This document shows positions 36,950-49,700 of a DNA stretch of 64,000 nucleotides, piece after piece. The notes beneath the pieces are model-generated. The model was not told where the DNA came from. It did not search any database and saw only the letters and a program-made list of their open reading frames with translations. The translations under genes were made by a program, and so were the position numbers. Source of the stretch: Cenococcum geophilum (taxonomy: Eukaryota). Every line of letters starts with the position of its first letter. Within the stretch, counting starts at the first letter, position 1. Location: the NCBI GenBank assembly GCA_050273025.1, contig CP158636.1, forward strand, positions 9,610,001 through 9,674,000, in the 5' to 3' direction.

Positions 36950-38757
36950 GCGGCGGTAATATAAAGATATCTTTCTTCCCCTATAACTACCAATCAATAT
37001 AGCTAGTTATCGCGAAAAGTTAGCTGCCTAGAAGGATAGGCGGCAACGGTCTATACATAAAAGTATACCTTTTGCGGATTTAACAACCAAATGCCTACCG
37101 CTAACTTATTAGTAGGGGAATATTTTTAAAGTATTAGTAAAGCAAACGCGTAGAGATATATTTATAAAAGCGTACGTCTAAACCTAGAGTATAGCAAAAA
37201 TACTAAATACTAGCATCCTTTGCTAGCAAACAAGACTTTATATAAAGAGGTATGCAACTTTATTCTACTATACTCTTTTAGCAAACTTAAGCTAACTTCT
37301 ATAGGGCAGGCTAACTACTTTACTATTTAAGGATTAAAAGCAATCGCGTAAAGTTAAAAACCCGCTTAATAACAACTACCTAACCACACCCCTCTAAAAG
37401 CGACCACGGATATCTCTAGACTTTACTATTAAAAGGCTAAGTAATTAAGAAGCACTATTTTACGGCAGGAGTACCTAAATTAATTCTATTAATTATTAGC
37501 GGAAGGAATAAACTTAGCTAAAGGAATATTTTAAGCTAGATATAATAAGTCATCTACTTATAAGGAGGAAGTTAATACCTTTCCTTTAGCGTAAACAATT
37601 AGAGTTAAGCTCCCTTGCGGCTAGCTTTAATATACTAAATAACTAAAAGCCAAAAGAAAAAAAAATCGCACTATATTAGGACCTACGTTATAAAACCCTA
37701 CTTAAAACTAAGGGCAGTTTTATACGCAATTATATAGGCATAAATAAGGAGGGAATTAAGGAGGATAGTAAGCATCTTTAGCAAACCTTACTAGGGATAA
37801 AGTAAAATATCCCTTAGGCCTTACTATTTAACGATAATATATTTAGCAAGACTTATAATATAATAGATGGCCGGAATAAAGCAAAGGTTATTTAAGATAT
37901 TAGCCAGCTACTCGTTTTATTAGCTTAGGCTTTAGCTACATATAGCGCCAGACTTAAATATCTTATTAAAAGTGTTAATAAAGGCTAAAATAACGCCATC
38001 CCTTTAACTAGTACTCGTCCGCAGCCTAACTACTCTATAAAATTTAAACGCGAGGCGTTTATAGAAGATTAGCTCGACAAGCTTTTACCTTTTATTAATA
38101 ACTTTATCGCTAGCAACCAATCCTTCTTTATAGCTATATACTATATATACTTCCCGTTCCTAATATATAAAGTAAAATATAGTACTACAGCACTTAATAT
38201 TATAGACTAGCGGAGTGCTTATAGTATAACCCTTATAGTTAGAGCAATTATTAAGCTTTTCCGGCTCGTAAAGCGTAAATAAGAGCTCTACTAGTAAATC
38301 CTAGCCTTCTTAATCTCTTACAACCACTAATTGGTGAGAATCTACGGCCATTACCCTATAATTAAAGGAAAAGATACTACCTTTTATTATTACCCTATCC
38401 ACACCTTCAACTTTATAGAATTAGAAGGTAAAGAGAAGTAGTCAGTATATAAGTTTACTAAAAACGTTTATAATATATGGATGCTAAAGCACTTAGATAG
38501 AATCCGCTTTATTATTAATAAGCTCTTATCTAATTTCAACTTTAAAGTCCTACTACTCCTAGAGGAATTCGGACTTTTATAAAACTTAGAAAGTTATTAT
38601 CTCTTATACTTATTTACAGAGCTAAAATCTTTACTAGGGGTGCGTAACAGCCGGTCGGCCATTATTAATATAGAAGATGTTACCCCTAATACCTTATTTA
38701 CTAGATAAGGTGCATCTAAAAAGCTAAGAAGAAATGCTATAAATAGTAAGCGCTAAG
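36950..38757 (+). pseudogene. RIP-inactivated DUF7924-like conserved fungal gene
   Basis: De-RIP reading at ~38115-38520: DQSFFMATYYMYFPFLTCEVKCG..ALDIADRQ.AHSMTLAVRAIVELFR...LAFSISHDH..VRIYGHYP. Family name from recall; start approximate. Confidence 0.7.
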
Positions 38758-40179
38758 TACAAAGCGGTCTTAATCTGTTTACCATTTAGCCCTTTGCTAC
38801 GTATATAATCTACCTATATATAGCTAGCAGTAGACGGATATAGATAATTTATCTTATAATTAAAATTAATTCTATAATCTCTTTTTCTAATAAATACGCC
38901 TATTAAGCTTAATACTTCTAAGGAGTTAAACGACTTAGAGGTAGAGGGAATAAAAAAAAGAGGAATAAGGGGTTATATTTACGGCTATAGCTATTATAGT
39001 ATATACAGCTATCGGCCTAGAAGGAGCTAAGCTACTAAAACGCTTTATAGGTTATAAGGTTATATAAATAGTTATAAGTTAAGAATTAATTTTAGAAGCG
39101 CACGCATTAGCTTTCTTAAGCCTAGATTTATTTAAATATATCCCTACTTTACGGGCGCTTATGTTAATAACGCTATAGATAATAAAAAACCTTTTTTTTG
39201 TTTAGAGCTTATACCGCTATTAAAATTAGCCGATTTAAGCGTACGCGCTTATTAAGGCGGTGGCCTATCTATTTAACTTACCTAAAATTAAAACACGGCC
39301 AAATTCGTCCTTAAATTAGCCTAGTATTGCCATTTAACGCTTAGGGAGACGGAAAATAAATATAATTCAATTTATATAAACTACGCACTTATCTATCCAG
39401 TCCCTAATAGTATATATCTCGCTTAAGCGTCAAACTTAATATTGTATAAGGGATAATACTCAATTTTAAGTCCGTAGATAGATATTATTATAAAGTTATA
39501 GCCTAGACCTATAGCTAGCATATTTAAAACATACCTGCTTTAATTCTAACGCCTCTTAACTACCGCTTAATAGCTCTATTAATAACCCTAATGTCCCTTC
39601 TAAGCAGCTAAAGCTAAATATTTAACTTAATGTATATTACGGGATTCTAAATCACCTATAAACTTTACCGTCCTTTAAATATAGCGGCTTTGTAGTGCTA
39701 GCTAGATAGTAAATATACTATTAAAACCTTATTAAAATTACCTAAGATCGGAGTCTTCTATAAGCTCTATAAGCACCATTAGAAAAAAGGTAGGAAACCC
39801 TAAAGGATTTAGTAAATTACCGCTTACGAATTACACCTAAAGGAAAAATAAAAGTGGGCTGCCCGCTTGGGAAAGGGTAGGATAAGATATATATATTAAT
39901 ATCATTACTAAGAGCTCTTTACGCGGCGACGCTACTTTAAGAATAGTATTTTAAGAAACTTTGGAATTCGGGCACGTTATACAATATTGTAACGGCGTTA
40001 GTTATAATCGGCTTATTAGGGAATATTTCGCTACTTCCTAAAGCCGTGCCTTTATTAACTTAGAGGAATAATATAGGCGGTATATTACTTAAGATAATTC
40101 CTCTAGGTATTAAGGCCTCTACTCCTATCTAAGTTATTAAGGGAGTTAAGAATAGTGCGGAATTAAGTAGCGTACCATT

Positions 40180-41485
40180 AGCAACCTTTTAACTATATCT
40201 ATCCGGACAGTAGCTTAAGAAATTAATTTTAACCTCGGATATAACAGCGAGCTAATAACAGATAGTGACTAGTATAATAATACCGACTTAGAGGCACAAA
40301 TTCTTGGTTTTTTATTATTTCTACGCTTACAGCTACCTCTAATAACTATTAAGTCGCCTCCTACTACTATTAATGCGCTAAAACTTGGTCTATTATTATT
40401 CTAGCCATTAGGTTAGGGTTTATTATTTTAGATATTATATTCTATACCTTAGAACTAAACTCCTCCCCCTATTACTTAAATCTTAGTTTAAGCTATTTCT
40501 TAACTGCCTCCTTAGCTATTTCTAATGCTCCCTTTAAAGTATTATACTAATCTTCACTATTAACTTATTTAAGGAGCCCTTTAAGAACTAGCCTAAAATA
40601 GAAAAAATATTAAATTAAAATCTCTTATTCCGGCTTTATACCTTACCTTACTAGCTCCTAGTAATTGTTTAAAAGTAGGAACTTTCTACCCCCTAAAGTG
40701 TATATACACTATAAATAGAGCTTAGTATAAATTCTTAAACTTAAATATGGCTTACTTACTACTAGTCCAAATAAGAACATATCTAACGCCTTTATCACGC
40801 CCTTTTTGGTCTATCCTTTTAGGCTTTGCTATATAATATTCCCTATTATATAAGGGGTTTAATATAGCTCTCTACCTTCTAACTTAAAAGCAATATTAAA
40901 ATCGCCTAGCGCCACATCTATAACTATTTTGTTACCTTCTTTATTATAAGTCTAATTAACTAGAATATTATTAGGCTTTATATCTACTAAGATAGTTTAA
41001 TTAGTTAGTCTTAAATGATAATAATTTCTAGATTACGGAGAGTATACTAATATAGATCTAGTCTTTGCTATAAAGTTCTTATATTGCCTCTCCTGCATAT
41101 TGCAAGATTTTCTTTTATTCCGCTAAAGAAAAGTCCCGATCTTCCTAAATTAAGGCAAGTACGGTATTGCTAAAATAAGGATAAACTAGAATGCCTTCCT
41201 CTTAGTTATAATTAATATATATTTAAAGCTGACGGGAGCCTATAAACTCGGCTATAAGGCGTAGGAATAAATTATAGAACGACCTAGGTACGCGCTTAAA
41301 GATAAAAGACTTATTCCCGGACCTAAGTAAAATAGGTTAAATATATGGCTAAACTATAAAAAGGGCATAGAGTTTAAAACGTACTTAGCTTTAAAGACGC
41401 TTAGCTTATAGTCCTTATAATAACGCTAGAGAACCTTACTTTAAACATATACGTGATTAGATTTACCTACTATTATAGACGCCAT
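40180..41485 (-). pseudogene. RIP-inactivated intron-containing Ser/Thr protein kinase gene
   Basis: Minus strand: ATG at 41485, catalytic-loop DIKPNNILV (~40985-40958) after an intron acceptor, and DVALGDF (~40918-40898); many RIP-type stops. Confidence 0.8.
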
Positions 41486-41999
41486 TTTAATGCTTATATG
41501 GTAGGCAAGCTAACTAAAGGGTGTATAACAGGTAAGATGATTAAGAGGTATTAAAGAAGAAACGGGTTAACTGGGAAAGTATAATATAAAAATAATATTT
41601 TATAAACTAGTATAGGGGTGGCGGCGCTACCCGTTTAGTCACTCTTAGACGTTAGTAAAAACTCTAGCTTATATTAGCCGGCCTTTAAATTTAATTCTAA
41701 CTAATAAAAGGGCCGTAGCTAACAGCCCCTAAACTATATAGCCTAATTAAAGCGATTACAACCATAATTGCGACTATAAGAAGGAGCGACTATAAGTATA
41801 AGCGCTAGCATTAATAAGAAGGAGCCCCAAAGTATACCGCCCAATTAGTAGTAATCCCGCTTAACATTAAATTATTATAAGCAATTTTATAGAACGCCAT
41901 TACTATATAAAAATATGCTAAGTATCTTAGCTTACTATAGTTCTAAAGCACTCTCTAATAAAAATAATTTCGCTTCCGTATTTGTTTAACTATTACACC

Positions 42000-43100
42000 T
42001 TCCCTATATCTCTCTAACTTCTACCCCTTTCCCTAACGTTATACACTCTTATAGGTATAGTGTATGTCTACTAAGGGGAGATATACTTGGTTATAATATG
42101 CTTTCCGTTATTATCCTAATAAATAGTAGTAAAGTAGGGATAAGAATCTTTTTTACTAGAATATTTAGTCTTACTAAGTTCTAGGTTAATATTTTATATC
42201 TATCTATAAGTATACAATAGGGTAACTTACGTTATAATAGCTATTATAGCACTAGTAGGTATATTAGCCTTTTTTATAGCTTTGGCGAATTTATCTTACG
42301 TATTTATTATAAGATTATATTACTTCTACAAATCGGTTTTAGTTATATATTTAATAGTAATAAACCAACTACTGTTTATAACCGTCTTAATTATAGAACT
42401 ACTAATTACCTTATTAGCTATCTTAGAGGCTATATATAATACGGATTAAGGGCTAGGTTAAAAGTAAATAATAGTAAATAATTCGTTAGTATAGTTAAAA
42501 CTTAGATAATAAAAGCCATTGTCTAAGTAAAGAATAGCTTTAAATATATATAAAGGACACCTAGTCTTATAATCGGCTAGTAGGTACTTATATATAGATC
42601 TTTAAAAAAGTACCTAGGGTATTTCCCGTAGACAATTCGGGGCTCTTTTTACTAATTAGCTACTCCAAGCTGCCTCTCCCTAAATCTGGCGGTAAGAAAT
42701 ATCTAGCTATCTAATATTCCAGCGACATTATCCCTCTATTTCCTATTACTATAGTCCTTACTTAAGCGCGGTTAGCCGCCTAAAAGAAGCGCCAGTCGCT
42801 AGCGCTAAAGGGCTTAAGCTATATACTTATAGTCCTAGGAATCTACTATAAATCTTTATAACCGTTAACCATCCTTATATTATTAGGAAAGGCTATAGCA
42901 TTATATAGATATAATTAATGCTAGCTAGTTATAGTAAGCGCGTAATAAGCTGTAGTATTAAGCACATATTTCCTTTTTATGCTACGTTTTATATCTAGTC
43001 TTAATCCTAATTAGGATAATACTATTACTATTTATTACTTAAGCATCGCCGCTAAATTAGATCGCAAACTCGCCCCTATAATTATATTATTATATACCTA
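42000..43100 (-). pseudogene. Probable RIP-degraded gene of unknown function
   Basis: Coding-like de-RIP reading (DWRFFQAADRAQVRT...; GVLHVFEAILHPDNG); no family recognised and limits are approximate. Confidence 0.35.
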
Positions 43101-43789
43101 TAATAGCTAGGACTGGCTAGCTATAGAGCCTATTTTAGTTCCCATAGTAGGTTCTATTTTAGCTAGCTAATTAGCTTACTCTTAGTAAACTTATTAGCGA
43201 ATTAGAGGGCGATTTCTAGCGCCTTTATAACTTAAGGACTCTGCCACCAAAGCGTCCTGCAACCCTTTCTATATATAATTACGGTTAAAGGCTTAGCCCG
43301 TTTACTAACAACTTAAGTACAAAGCTACGCGCTACTAGCCTAACATGCCCTATTAGCAGGATGCCTTATTATTAATGCCAATTCCGCATTACTGTATCTT
43401 AATGGATTGCAGTGTTACCAAGCACTTTATAATTCGCGTAGAAGTAGCTACCTTAGCCCGCGTTATATCCTATAGTTTTCTTTATCTTTAAGTACGAGGA
43501 TTTCTTATATAAAGACGGGCGGTAGACTAATAGCCGTGTTTATACAATAACTGGGTGTGGTTATAGTGTAGATATACACATATACAATTTATTAACGCCC
43601 GGCGGCTAAGCTAAAAGGGCCACTATTACTAATCTACTATTACATTTCCTATTATAGATTATAGTCTTCTTTAAGCCTATATAAAGATCTATTTTAGCTA
43701 TATTTCCTTATTTACCATTTCTCTTTAAATTCTTATGGGTTGGTAATATTATTAGTAGACTAGCTTAAAGGCTATTCTTTAAGTATTTA

Positions 43790-46700
43790 TGTAACGAAAC
43801 CTTGTAGCAAGAACTACGATGGGTTCTGTCAATGGGCTAGGTGTATAGGAAATGCAAAGACAGTAGTCAACAACGTAATAATAACTGGTGGAGTGGTTAC
43901 CCAACAGATTAACTCCAATTATATTCTGAGAATCACTACGAGGAAGGAACTATCTAGGTAGGGACTAAGGGTCCTTAAATACACGACCATACTTCTAAGA
44001 AAGTTATTACTCTATCTGCTCTATTTACTCTATTCGCTCTATAACAGATCTTATAGATTATACAGATTACACAGATTATATCACGTGACTCTACTTACTA
44101 TTCCTCGTTACATAGTTCTATGGGTTCCATCCTAGACCGTGCTTATATTAACCAACTAGCTTTTTTTAACTCCTCTCTAAGTAGTTGTAATATTGTACTT
44201 AAAGCATCCGTAACACTATCTCCCTCCTCTTTATCTTCGTCCTTAAAGATACCTAGCATCTCTAGGTTATTTACTAGAGGTGTAATATCCGTCTAATTAA
44301 TTTAGTTAATATCGTTACTTATAATACCTAAAGCATCTTCTCTTTCTTCTATAGCTCGTCGGTCTCATACCGTTACTGCAATATTATCTCTTAGTGAGAT
44401 TATGCCGTCTCTATATTCTCGTTATGCGAAAGAGGGGTTAGTCTATATTGCGTTGGCGAGTCCTTCTTCTTAACAGCCGTTTTCTTGCTCGGAGTGCACT
44501 AAAGCAAATATTCGTTCGTCCTATAACGTTCGCTCTATCTCTAATGCTAAATATACGCAACCTATTACTTTTAATAGTCGTCTAGTTCCCTGATTAATTT
44601 ATCTTAGGGTTTTATATTTAATCTGCTGCTATACAGCTAGATAATAAACTGTTTTAAGCCCTTGCTAAGTTAAAACATTCTTATAATGCGGAATAGAAGG
44701 CTCTAGATACTCGCATTACGGCGTCTGCTCAATTACTTCGCCTTAAGAAGGTTTGTGAGAAGGTTCGTTCTAAGGAGTAGAAGCTTGTAGAATAAGGTCT
44801 TTAGGAACTAGGTAATAAGAGAACTAACTCTCTTTCTATAGTAAAGGAAACAACTCTAAGTAGTTTAGCAGTTGCTCTTCCTAGGTCCCCCTTAGGTGGC
44901 TTATTTTTTAGTAATTCTCCTTTATTAATATTACCTAATCTATTTTCTTCCAATACTCCTGTACCTTTCCTATAGCATTCTTTAAATTTTCTAGTGGCTC
45001 CTAGGTAGTCTTAGTATAGCCTATCCACTTAACCTTATACCATGTTTTATTGTTGACGTCCTTATAACTAACAATCCTCAAAACTTGCCATTTATCTTCT
45101 TCCTGTCCTCTATACATGTCTACTTCGTAGATTAATAGCTTAACATTCCCGTGTGCTAGCTTTAGCATTGCGATATACTATATAGGGTAGATTTTTATTT
45201 TGGCTGGTAGGTTTAACTTAAATATAACTGATAAAATCCTCTTCTTAATTCTAAAAGGTCCTAGTCTAACATAGTCCAACTTCTTGCTTAGTCATTAACT
45301 CTTAAAAATTTTGTATAGTAGCCACACTTTATCTCCCTCCTTAAGATCTAGTCCCTCAGATCTCTTAGCATCATAGTACTTTTTCATCCTTTGCTGTACT
45401 ACTTTAGCCGTTTCCGTAAGGTTCACATAAAGATTCATTAATATCTCCATCCTTTGCTTAGCTATACTACTTATTTTCTTTACTTATCTTAGTAACAACA
45501 ATATTCTTAGCTTATATTTATAATTTGCCTTAAATAGTAACGTACCTATTCCTTCTTATAGTGTTATATTATATATAAACTGTATAACTAGTAATAGCGA
45601 TACCTAATTATTCTATGCGTAATTAACATAATATCTTAGATACTGTTCTAGTATCTAGTTTAATCTTTCTATTTAACCGTCTATCTGTGGATAATATGCG
45701 GTAGAAGTTACTACTTAAACTCCTTACTCCGCTAAGAATACCTCCTAGAATGCTGCTATAAATCTTAGATCTCTATCCGATATAATTTTACTTAGTGCTC
45801 TATGTCTTATAAACACTTCTTTAATATAGATTCTAGCAATATCTTCCGCTGAGATTTCTTCTGTACATGCTATAAAGTATCCCTACTTCGTAAGCTTGTC
45901 TACTATTACTAAGATCGCGTTATAATCTTATCCGGTAATAGGATCTTTTAACTTTAGTAACTTAATAATAAAGTCCTATAATATAACCTCCTATAGTCTC
46001 TCTAGTATTTTAATAGGTTATAGCCCTCTATACGGCTTATACCTTATTAGTTTATTCCTTTAGCAATCTAGATACTCCTTAGTGACCTTTCTAGCTATCC
46101 TCTAGATTCCATTAATAATATACTCCTCTTAGAGTCTTAACACTAAGCCCGTAGCTCCGTTATATCCTTAAGTTAGTCCCTTATAGAAGTCCTCTACGAA
46201 CTACTCTGCTATACTTCTTAGGATATACTTTACTTCTTAATTTTCGTATATATTTAACTGTAGATCTTTTAGCTGTTCTTCTAGAATTCTTTATACCCAA
46301 AAGCTTTCTGGTATTTCGTAGACTTTCTCTAACTTATCCTCCTAAGTTACTGCAATTTTTAGATAATTGTACCTAATTAGTCTATCTATATCTTTTTGTA
46401 GTAAAGCCCCTAATGGCTTATCGTTATTCTATAGTTTAGTTTTTCGACTTAATACATTGGCTCGCGTGTTGTCTATACCCTTAGTATACTAAATCTCAAA
46501 ATAGTATTCTATAAGTATCTCTGCCTATCTAACCTATCTTTAGTTAAGTTCTTTTGTCGTTAGGAACCCCATTAGGTTCTTATAATCCGTTTTAACTATA
46601 AATAGTTTTTCTATACCTTATAAGAATGCTCTCTATTTCTTTAATACTGTAACTATACCTAATAACTCCTTATTATAGATGTTATAGTTTAACTCTAGTG

Positions 46701-49700
46701 GTGTTATCTTCCAACTATAATATGCCACTAGATGCTATCTATCTGGATGCCTTTACACGAAATATACTTCTAGTATAAAGTCTAATGTATTTATTTCTAC
46801 AACCGTCTCTAGTCCTAGTTAATAGATTTTAAGAACTAGCTCCTAGGTAAACAACTCTTTAATTTTCTTAAAGAGTCCCTACTATTCCTCTCCCTATACC
46901 CATAGTTCTTCTTTCTTTATTAATCGCGTAAGTAGTTTAATATCCTTTAACCACTGTGCTATAAACCTTCTATAGTAATTATAAAACCCTAAAAACGATC
47001 TTAACTGCGTAACGTTCTCCGGTTCTTACCAATTTACTATTGCCTTAATTTTCTTTAAATCTATACTAAATTAGCCTGGTTTAATAATAAATCTAATAAA
47101 ATTGGTCTTCCTAGTGAAGAACTCGCATTTCTTAATTGCTACTAGCATCTGTTCTTCCTATAGTCTCTTTAAGACCCATTTAACATGTTCTCTATACTCT
47201 TCCTTATTTATTAAGTAGATAATAATATTGTTAAGGTATACTATAATAAATTCATCTAAGTATTCTCCTAACACATTATTAATACGCTTCTAGAACGTTA
47301 CTAGTGCGTTTATAAGCCTGAATTGCATAACTAATAGTTTATATAGTCCTTCCTTTAACCTAAAGGCTACCTTTTATTTATTGCCTTCCTTAATTCTAAT
47401 CTAATGGTACGCCCATCTTAAATCTATCTTTATAAAGATTTACGCGTTACCTATCCTATCTTAGATCTCGCTAATTAAGGATAAAGGATACCTATCCTTT
47501 CTAGTAATACTGTTTAACTATCTATAGTTAATGCACAGCCTTAGTTTGCTATTTTTCTTTAGTACGAATAGTACTGGATAACCCGCTAATAACTATAATA
47601 GTCTAATATATCCCTTTTATAAGTTTTCTTAGACAAACTCTTTTAATGCTCTACCTTCTTCTTTAGTAAGCTTATAGATTAGAAAGAACCTTAGACTTAT
47701 TCCTAGTTCCAATTCTATTTTATAGTCCCATGCTGCATATTCTAACAGCTTTTTACTCTTAGGTGACCATAGTTTCTTACCATACTTATAGTATCTCTTT
47801 GGTATATGGCTTAGCCCCTTTTCCATTTCTTCGTAGGTCGCTCCTACTTAGTACTATACTATCTTAGCTTATTATCGTATCTTACGGCGTTAAGTATTCT
47901 TAATATTAACCTAACCTATAATCCAATCGATCTTTAAATTATATTCCTATAACTAAGGCATTCCTAATACTGCCTTATTATTCCCCAATAGTAATATAAT
48001 AAAAGATATCTTAATCTATCTCCCTTTAATGGTTAACTAAATAGGTCCTGTTTTGAGATTAATAATGCCTCCTCCGTAGGCTATCGGATCTCCTAAAATT
48101 ATTACTAATAGGTAAGGACATTCCTTCTATCTGTGTAGTAATCCCATTCTTTTAACTGCTATTAGCGAGATGTGGTTCCTTATTGCTCCACTATCTATTA
48201 GCGCCTTAAACTATTAATCTTGCCATTTAACTTATAAATTTAGGTGTTGTCCTTAAATTCCTTTAAGGGTCTAAGGCTCTACCACTGGCTCCCTCTAGTC
48301 CTATAGGCCTCCACTTTTCCTAACTATTAGCTACTAGATCCTGTTTATACTTAGTCTAACTTAGGCTAATACTTAGTTCGTTTCTTATCTTTAATATACC
48401 ATAGACAGGTATTCTCTAGACATTCCTACCATTATCGTCCGAATCTTCCTGGTTAAAGTATTAAGTCCCCTTATTCTTAAACTTTTACTAGGTGCTAACC
48501 ATGTATATACTTAGCGTTTTGATACTTTGCCTCGTCCGTTATCCAATACATCCTTATTAGATACTTCTGATTTTTATCTTTTAGTACTCTATACATATTA
48601 CACGCATTATCCACGTATACTATCTACAATAGTGTATAATATGCTTAATGTCTTAGGTTAACTCTTAGCTTATCCTCGTCCTTAAGTTTAAACCTCTCTC
48701 GTATTAATCTAAGCGTCGCGACTTTGTTTGCAGGTACTAAGATACGCCTTTTGCTTCTCCAGTCCTCTAATTGCTCCTCTAGATCCTTTAATATTATAAT
48801 TAAGGCTCCCTTAATATAAGTTATAGCCTTCTCTGTAATTGGGTGGTCCTGGATAACTTTCTTATCTAACTATATATAGAAATCCTCCCACTTGTCATTG
48901 TGTCGTTGCCTATACCACTTTTAATATAGCTGCTTAAGTATATACGGCTCGTCCGTAAGGAAATATCTCTTTATTACTACATCGTGACAGCCTTTAGTGT
49001 GTTGTTCTTCGAACCTAGTAGGAATCCCTAGATCCTCTTCTTATTCTAGTTTGGTAAGCCACTTAGCTCTTAGTATACCTACTCTAGGCCTATTAGTAAT
49101 TCTTTATACTAGTGCTCTGTCCCTTATACGTCCTAATATGCTAAATCTCTTATCTAGTTTCTATTCTTGCCATAAGGTAATTCTTGCTCTAAATTCCTCT
49201 ATAGTTTCTTTTACATCGCGTCTTATAAGTAGATCCTTAAAGTCCTTATACTTCTTAATCTTAGTATTAACTTTTCGATCTTTAGGTTGAACACTGTGTT
49301 CCCCTAGTAAGTCCTCTAGGTCTATGTATCTATCTCCTAGCCTAATCGCTATTTGCGCTGCAGATTCTCTGATTTATAAAGAAGCTCCTTGCCTCTTATT
49401 TGTGGGTGTCCTAATTTATACTCCAAATTCTTAATTCCTTAGATTCTTTAATCCTAAGCTTGCTTCTATCTTAAGCTTAGCTCTAGCCTTAGTCCAACTA
49501 GGCTTGTCTAATATCCTTATCTCGTCTTAAGAGTCCTAGATCTCACTTATCTCATTTTAAAAATCTTATACCGTTAGGAATTCTTATCCCAAGCTTATCC
49601 GTATATCTTTGAACTAAGCTACTGCTCTGCTCCATCGGTTTCCGTCTATTATAGGTCTTTAAGCTTGCCTCATCTTATCTTAAGAATCTTAGTCGTCTCT

